Origin: Yuukianura sp. NJ FZ-2021
Lineage: Eukaryota
Assembly (NCBI GenBank): GCA_046563655.1
Contig: CM102290.1
Coordinates: 5,332,001-5,396,000, forward strand
Direction: 5' to 3'
DNA: 64,000 nucleotides
This document shows, piece after piece, positions 1 through 12,150 of the stretch. The notes under the pieces are model-generated. The model worked only from the letters and a program-made list of their open reading frames with translations, was not told the origin of the DNA and searched no databases. How positions within the stretch are numbered: the stretch's first letter is position 1; the number at the start of each line of letters is the position of its first letter. Both the position numbers and the translations under genes were made by a program.

Positions 1-2394
1 CCTCCTTCGTCCCAGTGAATACAGCAAGGACCTCGCAGAGTTGCTCATCTTCATTGCCCAAGTGGCTCAGTGCTACCCCAAGGATCTAGCAACTTATCCA
101 GCAGAACTCATGCAAATCCTGGAGAAGTTTAGCATGGTTCTGGACACGGAGATTCGCATGGTATGTTCTTTCGGTATTCTTCCTTCCTGATAAACAAACT
201 GATAAACTGATATTTCCTTTCAGACGATGTGTCGTTCTTTGGTGCTGATGAGAAACAAGAATTTGCTGGATCCCACCACACTCATTTCCCTTTTCTTCAA
301 ACTCCTCCACTGCCAGGACAAAAATCTGAGAAAATTCCTGGAGACACATATACTTACGGATATCAAAAACGTCAATTCAAAACACAAGAACGTCAGGCTG
401 AACACAGTAAGGATTAAGTTCTGCTTCTGCTCAAACAATCAATTTTTTTATAGGATTTTCACACTTGTGTGAAAAAACGTTTGTCAACGTTTTTTGTTGT
501 CTTAGGTTCTTCAGAACTTTATGTTTCAAATGATTCGAGACAGTAACGTCAAAGCCATGAAAATGTCACTCAACATTATGATTGAACTGTACCGGAAAAA
601 CGTTTGGAACGATCCTAAGACCGTCAACGTCATAGCAACCGCCTGTTTTTCAAAAGTTACCAAAGTCATGGTCGCTGCTCTCCAGTTCTTCCTCAATGTC
701 CAATCAGATGGAGACAAGTCGGACAGTGACAGTGACGACGATGGTCCCAATGCCAAAGAAGTCATTATGGCCAATCGTGTCAACAAGAAAACGCGAAAGC
801 GGGAGAAGAATTTAAGCAAAGTCAAGTCAGTTATCAAGAAGAAGAAAAACAAAGACAAGGCTCCCAACTTTAACTTTTCTGCCTTACATCTGATCCATGA
901 TCCACAGGGGATGGCGGAGAAGTTGTTCAAGCAAATGGAGTCGATGAATGAACGTTTTGAAGTGAAGATTATGATGTTGGATCTCATTTCTCGTCTTATC
1001 GGAACACATCAGCTGATTCTACTGAACTACTATCCTTATATCAAGAAGTTTCTGCAGCCACACCAGAGAGAAGTAACAAAAATTCTGCAATTTGTGGCCC
1101 AGTCGGCTCATGACCTTGTTCCCCCTGACGTCCTTGATGGTGTTCTGGATGCCATTGTGAACAACTTTGTGACTGAGAGGAACTCTGGAGAAGTGATGGC
1201 TGTTGGTTTGAATGCTATTCGTGCCCTCTGTGCTCGATGTCCACTCGTTATGAACCGAGACTTGCTACACGATCTAACGCAGTACAAATCCTACAAGGAC
1301 AAAAGTGTCATGATGGCCGCCCGAGGTCTCATTCATCTCTTCCGAGACGTGAATCCTCAACTGCTCCAGAAGAAAGACAAGGTATGTCACATGCCAAGAT
1401 CCATTTTTAACTTTTTCAATTCAAGTTGGCCTAATTCACTTTATTTTTCAGGGCAAACCGACGTTAGCTACACTGGAGAAAGAACCGAAGCAGTACGGAG
1501 AGTTGGATGCTAAAAATTATGTTCCTGGAGCAGAAGTTTTACTTCGTGAAAATAATGATGACGTAAGGACAATGGCCTTGGCACGTGAAATGCTCCATAA
1601 ACCTACTAATCATTGTCTCATTTGTGTCAATTCTCAACGTTTTGTTTTCGTTTTGTAGGAAGATAAGTCTGACTCTGCAGTAGAAGATGATGATGACGAC
1701 GACAGTGGAAGTGAAGACGGGGAGGACTGGGTCAACGTTTCTCATTCGTCGGAGGAAGAGGAGGAGGAAGAAGAATCCAAGGGTGGCGTGACCCTTGACC
1801 CGGCCGTGCGGAAAAGTCTAGCTGCCATGGTAACTGAATCGAGGATTTTGACCGATGAGGACTTTAAAAAGATTGAGACACTGCAACTTCAGAAGGAAGT
1901 TTTATCAGCCAGGAAAGGAAGTGCAAAGAAGCGGAAGGCCACGGATACGCCCTACACCTCCTCTGCAATGTCAGTTGTGTACTTACTTACTAAAACCTTA
2001 GTCTCTCATATGTTGTTTCTTTGAATTGTGCAGGGGTGAGCTCGTAGACTTGGCAAGTATTGAAATGATCCACAAGAAGAGGAAACACGACAGGGAGACT
2101 CGCATAGACACTGTCATGGTAAGTTCCAAGAGTCTAGCTCCGATTGATAATCGATTATCACTGTAGTTTGTTAATTAATTGTTGTGTTTCCAGAAAGGAC
2201 GAGAGGGACGAGAGAAGTTCAGTAAGGTAAAGGGCAGGATGAATCCCTTTGCGAGTACTTCGGACAAAGAGAAACAGAAGAAGAAGCCCTTCATGATGGT
2301 TCGGAACAAGCTGAAGAAGACGAAGAAACGATCGTTCCGGGAACAACAGGCTTCCCTTCGAAATGCTCTGCTCAAACAGAGGAAGATGAAGTAG
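1..2394 (+). CDS. SDAD1: Protein SDA1 homolog (60S biogenesis factor), 5'-truncated by window edge
   Basis: Exons 1-160, 224-406, 506-1381, 1452-1562, 1659-1969, 2034-2118, 2194-2394 joined by GT-AG introns in consistent phase. Motifs [49 protein letters not shown] and KKKPFMM are characteristic of SDA1. AATAAA at 2419-2424. Confidence 0.95.
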
Positions 2395-3038
2395 TTTTTT
2401 ATGAAATTGTTTTATTGTAATAAATGAGCGCGGGAGTTTTACCTTTGACTCGTGTGGCAGTTTCACCTGCTGACCTTTGTGCTCGGAGGGCTGTTAATTA
2501 TTTGGCTACTTTTATCTTGTTCGGAAAAGTGGGTCAATGGCCTTTTATCAAAGCAACGGATTCACACCAACACTTCATCCAGCACCAGACACCAAAAAAG
2601 TCAACCAAACATTGCGTGGAGGACGTCAAAACATGTCATGAATTACCGTTGAATTACTCTGAATTTTCGCTGAATTACATTGAATTTCCGTTGAATTACT
2701 TATCGTTAGTCTGAACCTTCGCCAAATTACATTGAGTTCCTCACTCTGAATTATTTTACTTATTTCCGTTGAATTATATTGAATTTATTTAACTTTGAAC
2801 TAACCTGGATCCAAAGATGTGGCTATGTAGATGAGAATACTGATAGTAGAACTAATTAACTTTACTTTATGCTTATTTAATTATATTTATATTAATTCAA
2901 TTACTTTGATTAATTAATTTAATTAATTTAAACTTTTATTTGAAGGTTGACGGAGCGTAAATTTGAATTTGTGGATTTGGCGCCTTCAGTGTTTTGAAGC
3001 GTCTCTCTTCTTTTTTTTTTGTCCGTCTCCATTTTCTA

Positions 3039-4923
3039 TGAGGGGAGATCGACTGCTTTTTCAACGCGATTTGCTGCAAGCTTTTTTTTTAAAAAACACA
3101 ATTAAATTTCCTTGCAGAAAATCAAAATGAACATTTTCTGCAAGTTTTTTTCTTGCAGAAATCGAGGCGTTGTTATAAGAAGATTGCGGAAAATCGAGGA
3201 GCTGTTATAAAAAACTTGCGAAGAATCGAAGCGCTGTTATAAGAAGCTTGCGGAGAATCGAGCCGAGGTTATAAAAAGCTTGCGAAGAATCGAGCCGCTG
3301 TTTAGGAAACTTGCGGTGAATCGAGACGTTGTTATAAATTATAATTCACTTTTAAGATTTTACGACAGCTGAATTTTCCCAAGTTAGAATTCGTCGAAAA
3401 GTAAACGTAAAAGTTATATTTTGTCAAAAATTTTTGTCACTTCAAAAAGTTAGAGAACAGGTCAATTTTTCACGAGACCAACATTTCAATACGGTAGAGT
3501 TACGCGTGAATCCTCGGCAAGGGAAATATATCCAAAAGTTGAATTTCAGCTGAATTTTTCAAAATTCCAATTCCTCAAAAAGTAAGTGTACAAGTGAATT
3601 TTTAAAAATTTGGTCACGTCAAAAAGTTAGAGAACAGGTCAATTTTTCACGAGACCAACATTTCAATACGGTAGAGTTACGCGTGAATCCTCGGCAAGGG
3701 AAATATATCCAAAAGTTGAATTTCAGCTGAATTTTTCAAAATTCCAATTCCTCAAAAAGTAAGTGTACAAGTGAATTTTTAAAAATTTGGTCACGTCAAA
3801 AAGTTAGAGAACAGGTCAATTTTTCACGAGACCAACATTTCAATACGGTAGAGTTACGCGTGAATCCTCGGCAAGGGAAATATATCCAAAAGTTGAATTT
3901 CAGCTGAACTTTTCAAAATTCCAATTCCTCAAAAAGTAAGTGTACAAGTGAATTTTTAAAAATTTGGTCACGTCAAAAAGTTAGAGAACAGGTCAATTTT
4001 TCACGAGACCAACATTTCAATACGGTAGAGTTACGCGTGAATCCTCGGCAAGGGAAATATACCCAAAAGTTGAATTTCAGCTGAATTTTTCAAAATTCCA
4101 ATTCCTCAAAAAGTAAGTGTACAAGTGAATTTTTAAAAATTTGGTCACGTCAAAAAGTTAGAGAACAGGTCAATTTTTCACGAGACCAACATTTCAATTC
4201 GGTAGAGTTACGCGTGAATCCTCGGCAAGGGAAATATATCCAAAAGTTGAATTTCAGCTGAATTTTTCAAAATTCCAATTCCTCAAAAAGTAAGTGTACA
4301 AGTGAATTTTTAAAAATTTGGTCACGTCAAAAAGTTAGAGAACAGGTCAATTTTTCACGAGACCAACATTTCAATACGGTAGAGTTACGCGTGAATCCTC
4401 GGCAAGGGAAATATATCCAAAAGTTGAATTTCAGCTGAATTTTTCAAAATTCCAATTCCTCAAAAAGTAAGTGTACAAGTGAATTTTTAAAAATTTGGTC
4501 ACGTCAAAAAGTTAGAGAACAGGTCAATTTTTCACGAGACCAACATTTCAATACGGTAGAGTTACGCGTGAATCCTCGGCAAGGGAAATATATCCAAAAG
4601 TTGAATTTCAGCTGAATTTTTCAAAATTCCAATTCCTCAAGTTTTTCGCATGTTTCTTATAACAACGTCTCGATTTTTCGCAATCGTTTTATAACAACGC
4701 ATCGATTTTCCGCAAGCTTTTTATAAAAACATCTGGGTTTTCCGCATGTTTCTTATAACAACGGCTCGATTTTGCGCAAACTTATTATAACAACGCCTTC
4801 GTTCTCTGCAAGAAAAAAGCTTGCAGAAAATGTTCGTCCCTATTTTCTGCAAGGAATTTTTGCTTGTGTTTTTTAAAAAAATCTTGCAGCAAATCGTATT
4901 GAAAAGCAGTCGATCTCCCCTCA
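3039..4923. mobile_element. Non-autonomous foldback/MITE-like DNA transposon with ~300-bp inverted arms, TA flanks and internal satellite array
   Basis: Left end TA|TGAGGGGAGATCGACTGCTTTT; right end AAAAGCAGTCGATCTCCCCTCA|TA (reverse complement). Arms ~3039-3340 and ~4641-4923 contain inverted ~31-bp subrepeats (AATCGAG...GTTATAA / TTATAAC...CTCGATT). No transposase ORF. Confidence 0.85.
3366..4640. repeat. 177-bp tandem satellite, about 7 near-identical units
   Basis: Anchor AGAGAACAGG recurs at 3452, 3629, 3806, 3983, 4160, 4337 and 4514 (period 177). Only isolated substitutions between units; a degenerate partial unit starts near 3366. Confidence 0.97.
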
Positions 4924-4959
4924 TAATTTTCCTCCTTTTTTCTCCCTCTTTTTTTCCAC

Positions 4960-5500
4960 CCTCCTTCCTTTGTTCTCCGGGGGTCGTTCGTTCAACGTCT
5001 CCATTCTTTGTGTCCGTCCATGTCAAGTCATCAGGGGGTCATCGTCATCAGTCATCACATCATCACCACATCTTGTCGTCATGGTAACCAGCTTCAACTG
5101 TCCAGGCAAGTGGACATACCAGGTAAGCCGATCTTTCATTCATCTTCCCTATTAAATTGTACCTAGTCTGGACAGGAAGACATTTTCTTCTCTCCCTCTT
5201 TCCTTTGTTCTCCGGAAAGTCCTTCCTTCTGTCTCTCTTCTTTTGTCCCTGTCCGTGTCAAGTGAACATGTCAACAGGTCATGTTGTCACACATCGATTC
5301 ATCCGTCGTCACATCCTCCGGACATCCAAGGGTCATGGTCACCAACGTCATCTGTCCAGGCAAGTGGACATACGCGGTAAGCCAGTCTTTCATTCATCTT
5401 CGCTTGTAGTCTTAAGTTGCCATGAGGATAGAGTCATTTTACCATTATTGTCCTGCTCTGGATCTTGTCCATGTCCAGTGTCGTCTGTCTTTCATCTTCC
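4960..5500. repeat. Degenerate ~250-bp duplication (2 copies plus a fragment)
   Basis: TTCCTTTGTTCTCCGG...CTGTCCAGGCAAGTGGACATAC..GGTAAGCC..TCTTTCATTCATCTTC occurs at ~4960-5148 and ~5195-5401; weaker fragment ~5450-5500. Confidence 0.75.
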
Positions 5501-5667
5501 GAAATCCGGGTATAAGGGGTGAGGGCCCTTGTCATTTGACTTCCGGTATCCCCGTTGTTGTTGTTGCACATTTGCGAAAGTGAGTGTGGCTGCATCGTTG
5601 AGTCGGTGTGACGAGGACTCGTGCCCGTGTTGTGAATGCTCTCTCCAAGGAATTTTGCATCCTCCAT

Positions 5668-5969
5668 TCAGTCAAACGCCACTCGCACACCAAGCAACAC
5701 TGGCCCAACCTGATCCACTTCCCACGCAACTCCTAACGACAATACACGGACACTGGACACTTCCAAAACGTTGGCATTACGATTTTCCTACGGGGGTGAG
5801 AGGTTCATCGGTGTAGTTGGATCTAACTAGAATCTGCTTGGTGACAGGGGACAGTAGTGCGTGTAGTGAATAGATTCTGGATAAGTTTAAGTTTATTGTA
5901 AGTGTGTGACTTTGGATCGTCCAGAAAACGTTGGGTGCCTTTGGGACACCGTACAATTGGCGGCAGAAG
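5668..5969 (+). promoter_or_regulatory. Putative E74A initiator and first non-coding exon
   Basis: Arthropod Inr-like TCAGTC at 5668-5673; strong donor AAG|GTAAGA at 5969/5970; no long ORF. Inferred from the known long non-coding E74A leader. Confidence 0.4.
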
Positions 5970-6900
5970 GTAAGAGTTTGTGGGAAGCTTTTGATTTGAG
6001 TATGAGAGAAGTGCATTGCCTCTGTTCGCATGGTCGTTGACCTTCTGCCTACCGAGATATTTACTCTCTCTCAATCTCACAGTACAATACTCCACTTTCC
6101 ATAGCAAAATGGGAATGGCCTAACCATGTGACATGGGTTCCAGTCATGACCACTTCTGTTGGTCCTTGGCCTTCCCTCACTTTCGTTTTGACTGGATTGT
6201 TTGCGTCAGAGTGCGTTGATCTTGTGTGTTGATCTTCGTGGGAATTATATGAGCAAGGGACTGACCGAGAGTTGGCTGAACTTTTTCCTCATTGTGTAGC
6301 CCAGCCGTTGAGCAGCATTCTGTAGCTTAATAGCTGGAAGCCACAACCCACATCTCCCTCATCCCCTCTTCAAACCACTGTCAATCTAACTTGATTACAC
6401 TCACAATAGCATAATGTTAGGTTAGGTTATGGTGACATTGGCACAATACGTTTCTGGAGAAATTGTTCGTCAGATTGTGCCATTAGTACTTAATTGCTTT
6501 TATAGGCAAGGAAGGTTGCCGATTTTAACAAAAAAAAATCAAAAATTACGATTTTTTGAATTGACGAAGATTATTTTCTTTTAAATCAAGTACTACGCAA
6601 TTCTGCACGTCTTACAAAAATGAAACTTAAGTTCAAGTTTTCATGCGCCGAATATTCTTACGTGACACTTCTCAGCACTTCACTTGGAGTTATTTTTATA
6701 ACATTGGCAAAATTCACATTTTTGAGCAAATTAAAAACGATAAAGTGCGAAAAGTTTTTATGAAAAATTGCTGAAATTAAACGAAAAATTTCCCTGTTTA
6801 GAGCGTTTGCTCGAAACAAGGAAATTTTGGATCAGTGTGAGCACTTGATTAAATCAATGATTTAATCATCTCGTTTTAAATCAAAGCCACCCTGTTTTAG

Positions 6901-7021
6901 GATCCATTATGGTTGAAAGTGGGAGTGAAAGCTGTTTCATGTGTTTAGGCCATGTTTGAATGGACGATGCTGCAGAAGGGCTTCGAACTCTGGTTGTGGA
7001 TCGATAGTTTCTTGTCCGTAG
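6901..7021 (+). other. Putative E74A non-coding (5'UTR) exon
   Basis: Acceptor CCTGTTTTAG| at 6900 and donor TAG|GTACAG at 7021; contains upstream ATGs. Confidence 0.35.
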
Positions 7022-7427
7022 GTACAGAAACCTCTACTTTTCCTTTCTCCTCTGGTGAAAGTTAGGTTATGGTTAGGTTACTGTACTTTGAAAGTTATGG
7101 CTACTGTACTTCCTCACTCTACAAAAAAAAGTACCTGCTACTCCGACCTCCAACCATTCTTAATTAATTCTTACTCATTAACTTACTTTAGGGCATCTCA
7201 CTTTCAAATTGACTGCTTAAGCATGGACATGAATAGTCAAATTAGGACATGCAAGTGCAGGAGTGCGTAGAGTGAGACAATGGGTGCAGTCCTCTGGATC
7301 ACACTTCGGCTTGACTGGAGAGTGAAGGTGGTTCGAATCCTGTTCCGTTTGCAAACCATGTGTTTTTTTTTCTTGTGTGTGTGCGTGTGTGTGCGTATGG
7401 CTGAGAGTGTAGGTTGTTGAATCCGAG

Positions 7428-7440
7428 AGTTCAATGACCA
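7428..7440. promoter_or_regulatory. Candidate ecdysone response element (IR-1)
   Basis: AGTTCA-A-TGACCA matches RGKTCA-N-TGAMCY at 12 of 13 positions, inside the 5' part of an ecdysone early gene. Confidence 0.5.
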
Positions 7441-8348
7441 TTCTGCTGGTGGAGGATGGAGATAGAGAGCATGGATTTAGCAATGATTCCTAACCAAGGA
7501 AAGACCCTCCACTGTTGACTCTCTTCTCTCTCTCTGCCAAATCTCTTCAGCATCTCTCCCAAGACTTGCAAATTCTCCCAAAACACTCCGATCATCGCAG
7601 CATTACGCAACGGAGACAAAGCCAGCCACCTCGCCAGTCCCCCGCCCCCATCATCATCATTACAAATCTTGAAGGCTCCAAAACCATTGGCTCTTCACTT
7701 GAAAAGCAGTGGACAATTAGGCGATTTGGATTGAATTGGCGAATTTTGGATTTCTAGATCACAATTTTGATCATTTATAATTTTTTTTTTTCGTAGGTTC
7801 CAATTTTGTTTTTAACTTTGTTGTTGGTTCGAATGTCTGATTTGGGCAGGAGAGGAGGGGAGGCGTGCTGATTTTTTTGTGTATAAGGACGGGTGAGATA
7901 TTTTGTGTAATTTCCAAAAAATTCCTGCGAGATGGGCCAAGACAAGGTCTTTGATCGACTTTTACTGAAACTGTGTGTATGATCATAACCTCCTAAAGTA
8001 GGCCTTCTTCGGAAGTCCACGTGCCAAAACAACAACACACTCATCTTATGCTGCTACACACTTTATTACGCACTTCCGCACTGCCAATAAACACAAACAA
8101 ACACAATCCACCCACTATCAAATGACCACGTTCCAAATTAACACGTACTTTCAGGCGTCAAGTGTTGGTCAAAATATAGTCCAAATTGGTTAAAAGTGAA
8201 AATGTAAAAAGAAAAAAAAATTAAAAATCTAAAAAGTCAAATTGGTATTTAAATCAACATATCAGGTTTGATTTTTGGAGTTTTGTTACGTTCGAAATTT
8301 TTACTGTGTAACGTTTTATTACGAGTTATATTGACTAAATTTTGACTG

Positions 8349-8486
8349 AATGATTTTGACCAAATTATTTTGAGGAAATGATTTTGACCAAATTATTTTG
8401 AGGAAATGATTTTGACCAAATTATTTTGAGGAAATGATTTTGACCAAATTATTTTGAAAGAATTATTTTGACCGAATGATTTTGAT
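8349..8486. repeat. 28-bp minisatellite
   Basis: AAATGATTTTGACCAAATTATTTTGAGG repeated 4-5 times. Confidence 0.9.
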
Positions 8487-9350
8487 CATATTACAGCGGG
8501 ACGGAAGTGGATCATGGGTTTAGGTAGCGTAGATAATTTTCCTAATTGTAATGACTGTGATTTGTGACTAGATGAAGATTTAAGGAATTCCTTTTAAGCA
8601 CTTTGTGAAATCCGAAGTCCATGTAGAGGAGTGACTTAATTCCATACTTGATATGAGACGGAAGGTGTTTGACCTTTGACCTGTGATGTCTGGATGTTCC
8701 GAAAAGCGAGTGTTGTGTGAGTTTTTCGGAGCGAGGGCACTGACCGTCCATTCATTTGAGGAGGGGGGACTCCAGGATGCGCACTTATCTCCATAATCAC
8801 AACTTTCTCCTCGTGAGAGTTGCGAGGGAGCCAGAGAATATTTTTTGGTTAAAAGAGTTGCTTGGTGCTGGTGCGTCTGTGAGTGCGTGTGGGTGGGTAC
8901 GTTCACCCAGTGAACTGCAGGGTGACGTCAGCGGTGGGCCATCTTCCAGATCCTTCACTTTTCGCATGCAGACGCAGGGTCTTGACTTCTCGTGTCTCCA
9001 CGTGCCAAAGACATAGGAATTGGCAGCGTAGGGGGAGGCAGAATCGGGGTCAAAGAACCGGCCAACTTCTCAATGAATATTCCGTCCAATATTTTGATTT
9101 CATGGAAGGAGGAAGTGCGTGAGAGTGACTAATTGCCAAAATGCATCCATGTCCAGGTGAGATTTAATTGAGGAGAAGGTGGTGAGTGGTTTAATAGTTG
9201 GACAGCCACAATCTAATCTATCCTCACTTTCTGTTGTCATTCCCAGTCCACTGAACTCAAATTCGCACAAACTTGTGCAAATCTGAGCAAAAAATTATTT
9301 CTTTGCTTTTAGTCACTCTCGGTTTTATTGGTTTTTCGTTTGTACTCGGC

Positions 9351-9440
9351 AGTGGGTGAATGCTCTCCATGGCCTTTGACCTATGAAAAATCTCTAGTGG
9401 GTGAATGCTCTCCATGGCCTTTGACCTATGAAAAATCTCT
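9351..9440. repeat. Exact 45-bp tandem duplication
   Basis: AGTGGGTGAATGCTCTCCATGGCCTTTGACCTATGAAAAATCTCT x2. Confidence 0.95.
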
Positions 9441-12150
9441 GACCTGTCTCAACTGCTTTTGGGCAGAGAAAGGATTAAGCTACGTCAATTGTTAATTGAT
9501 TTGGAGTTAATTAAATATGGGTTGTGGGTTATGAGGATGAGTGGTGAATAAATCTGACACAGAGGCTGTTGTACTCTCTGTCTTCAAACTCCGAACGGAA
9601 TCCCCGAGGAATTCGCTTTCCCTCTTCCGCCTAAATTCTAATCATCTCATCATAATCCAAGGTTTGTTCACTTTGATTTTCTTTAACAGATTGGGTAATA
9701 CCTCATTTTTTTTTCGATTTTGTAAAAAGAAAGAATGTCTTTCATTTCCGGGTATCGTATTCATAACAATACAGCCGAATTTTTTTAATTTTACATACGA
9801 CTTGGTTCCAATTTTTTTGGATTGGTACAAAAATTACAGAATTACATCTGTAGTACCTTTTTTTTTGTCAGCAAGCGAGGTAGTACTCAACCTGTTAAAG
9901 AAAATTAATTTTTCGTTGTCAAGGAACCTTGTCATAGACAAAGCTACATTCCAGTCAAAGACCTTCCAGAAACACCGGAAGTTACACTTTTTCGTACTAA
10001 CTGTCGGAAGAGGTCCAAATTTTGAATAGAATTGCCAAGAGCAAGATCCTGCTACAACATGCGTTGACAATCATTTGTTAGCCTTGTGGACAAATGAGTG
10101 TCTCTTTTGTGTTTTTAGCAACAAGTACAAGGACTTGCGTTAGCAGTGCGTCAAATTAAGGTGAATTTGAATTTTTGAAAGGTGATTTTTCAAAAATTTA
10201 GAATCCGGAATTCTGTTTTTCGCAGAATCCGGAAAGAGTTTTTTTTTCTGATGAGAGAGCCATTCTCAATGCCACAGGTGGAAAAGTACTATTGACATTG
10301 GGAATCTCTTCTACGAAACACGTAGTACTACTACGAAAAACTTCCGGATCATGCTCAAATTCACAAGTTTTTTTCATTTTTCCAAATTTTCATGAAATTT
10401 TTAGAAATACAAATGGCCCAGTTCCAAGGTGCTATACAGAAATCGAAATTGACGAATTTGGTTAACTGATGCGACTCAATTTTTTTTTTTTTGGACTTTG
10501 ATTTTGTCATGGATTTGAATGTTTAATGAAAATTTTTCATATGATGAGAATCAGTAAGGAATTTTTGATTTTGCGCACTTTGGATTAAGTTCATTTAAAT
10601 TCCAATTTTTGTCAAAAACCTCTGTGTTTGTTTTCTTTTTTGAAGGGAGCAGATTGTTTTTCTACTTTTTGTATATCGTTGGTGTAATAAGTGTACGGAG
10701 CGTTCCACTGCAAAAGTTTTTCAAATTAAGCTGTCAATTCGTTTATAAAAATTGTCTTTGGAGTCATTTGGTCAGTTGATCAGTAAAATTGGCCAATTTT
10801 GTCACTTTGTGTGAAATTTCATTTTAACTTTGACACTTTTTCTGGAATTTCTTGTTGACTTTGTAACTTTTTGTGGAATTTCTGCTTGACTTTGATACTT
10901 TTTGATAAAAGTGTAGTGACTTTGAGGAGTGTAATTGTGAAGTGTGACTATAATTTGGAGGAATCCTTGCCCTTGCTTTGACACTGCTACTCTAAATTTG
11001 GAAGTGATTGTTCTGATGGATTGATTGTGTGAGGTGTTGACTTTGTAGAGATGACATTGACGTGAGGTGGGGAATATGAAATGAATTGAGTCCAAGTTCA
11101 GGCCGAAGGTGAGTCACAATCTCACTTTCATTACGAAACAATGGGCAGCATTGTTAGGTTTCTCTCGCTCCACCAAACACTAATTGTCTTAGAGCGTTTC
11201 ATGGAGAGTGGTCGTTTCATGGAGGGTGGTTATGGATTCGAATCCCCGCTGATGCAATTTCTGAAAAAATCAAAAGATGCAATTTCTGAGAGAATCAAAA
11301 GATACAGTTTCTGAGAAACGATTTCGGTTTCTGGGAAAATTGAAAATGTCGTAACTTTGATGCAATATTTGTGTAAGTTGGTTTTGTTAGTTGTCCAAGG
11401 ACATTTAAGTTATAGTTCCAGAAGGTGTGGAAATGACTGGATTCCTTGTAGGTCACGACTCGTGACCTTTGAGTGGCCCAATCCAGGCATCACAGTGTGT
11501 TCTATCCTATAACTAGTGAGAATAACTATGGCAGTGGCCAAGGGTGACCTTTGTTTGAAGCAGGAGAAGGTCAGTCGTCGAGGTCAGTGGGATGAGGAAT
11601 GGTGGTTTCACTTGACACTGAGATTATTCAGATTACTTTCCCATTGTCAGAGGCAAGGAGAGCCAAATTGCAAAATCAAACTCACATCTTCTCACTCCTC
11701 TGTTCGCCCATGCTCCTTCCTACCACTTCCAATTCCTATTTATTTTTTAAAAGCCCCGTTGCTCCATATTTCTTGACTTTTAAAAATTTTCAGTAGAAAC
11801 TTTGAGGCTAGTTTTAAGAAAAACAAGCCCATGTTCGAAGGAAAAGTTGGTGATTTGGACCATTTGAGACACGGTTTTTTAAAGCACTGAAATTGGAATT
11901 TCAAATTGCAAACTTAGACTTATTTATGCAAAATGTGAATTGGGATGTTGGTGGGCTGTTCCTGTTCCAGGTCACGCATCTTGTGGTTCTCGTGCGTGTA
12001 AAGAGTAAAGAAATGCATTGCCAAATTCATGCGTTTGCATAACAAACAAGTGGAGTCGGACACTTCCTGGATGGAGGGAATAAGTATAATATGTCTAATC
12101 AGGAAATAATAGCAGAAAGCACTTTCTCCTTTTTCTCACCGTTCCGTGTA

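Noticed and set aside
2640..2790. Repeated TGAATTAC motifs downstream of SDA1
   Set aside because: Short degenerate low-complexity repeat with no definable unit or ends.
6416..7080. Short TTAGG runs (GTTAGGTTAGGTTATGG) resembling arthropod telomeric repeat
   Set aside because: Only 2-3 imperfect units; common interspersed motif, not a telomere.
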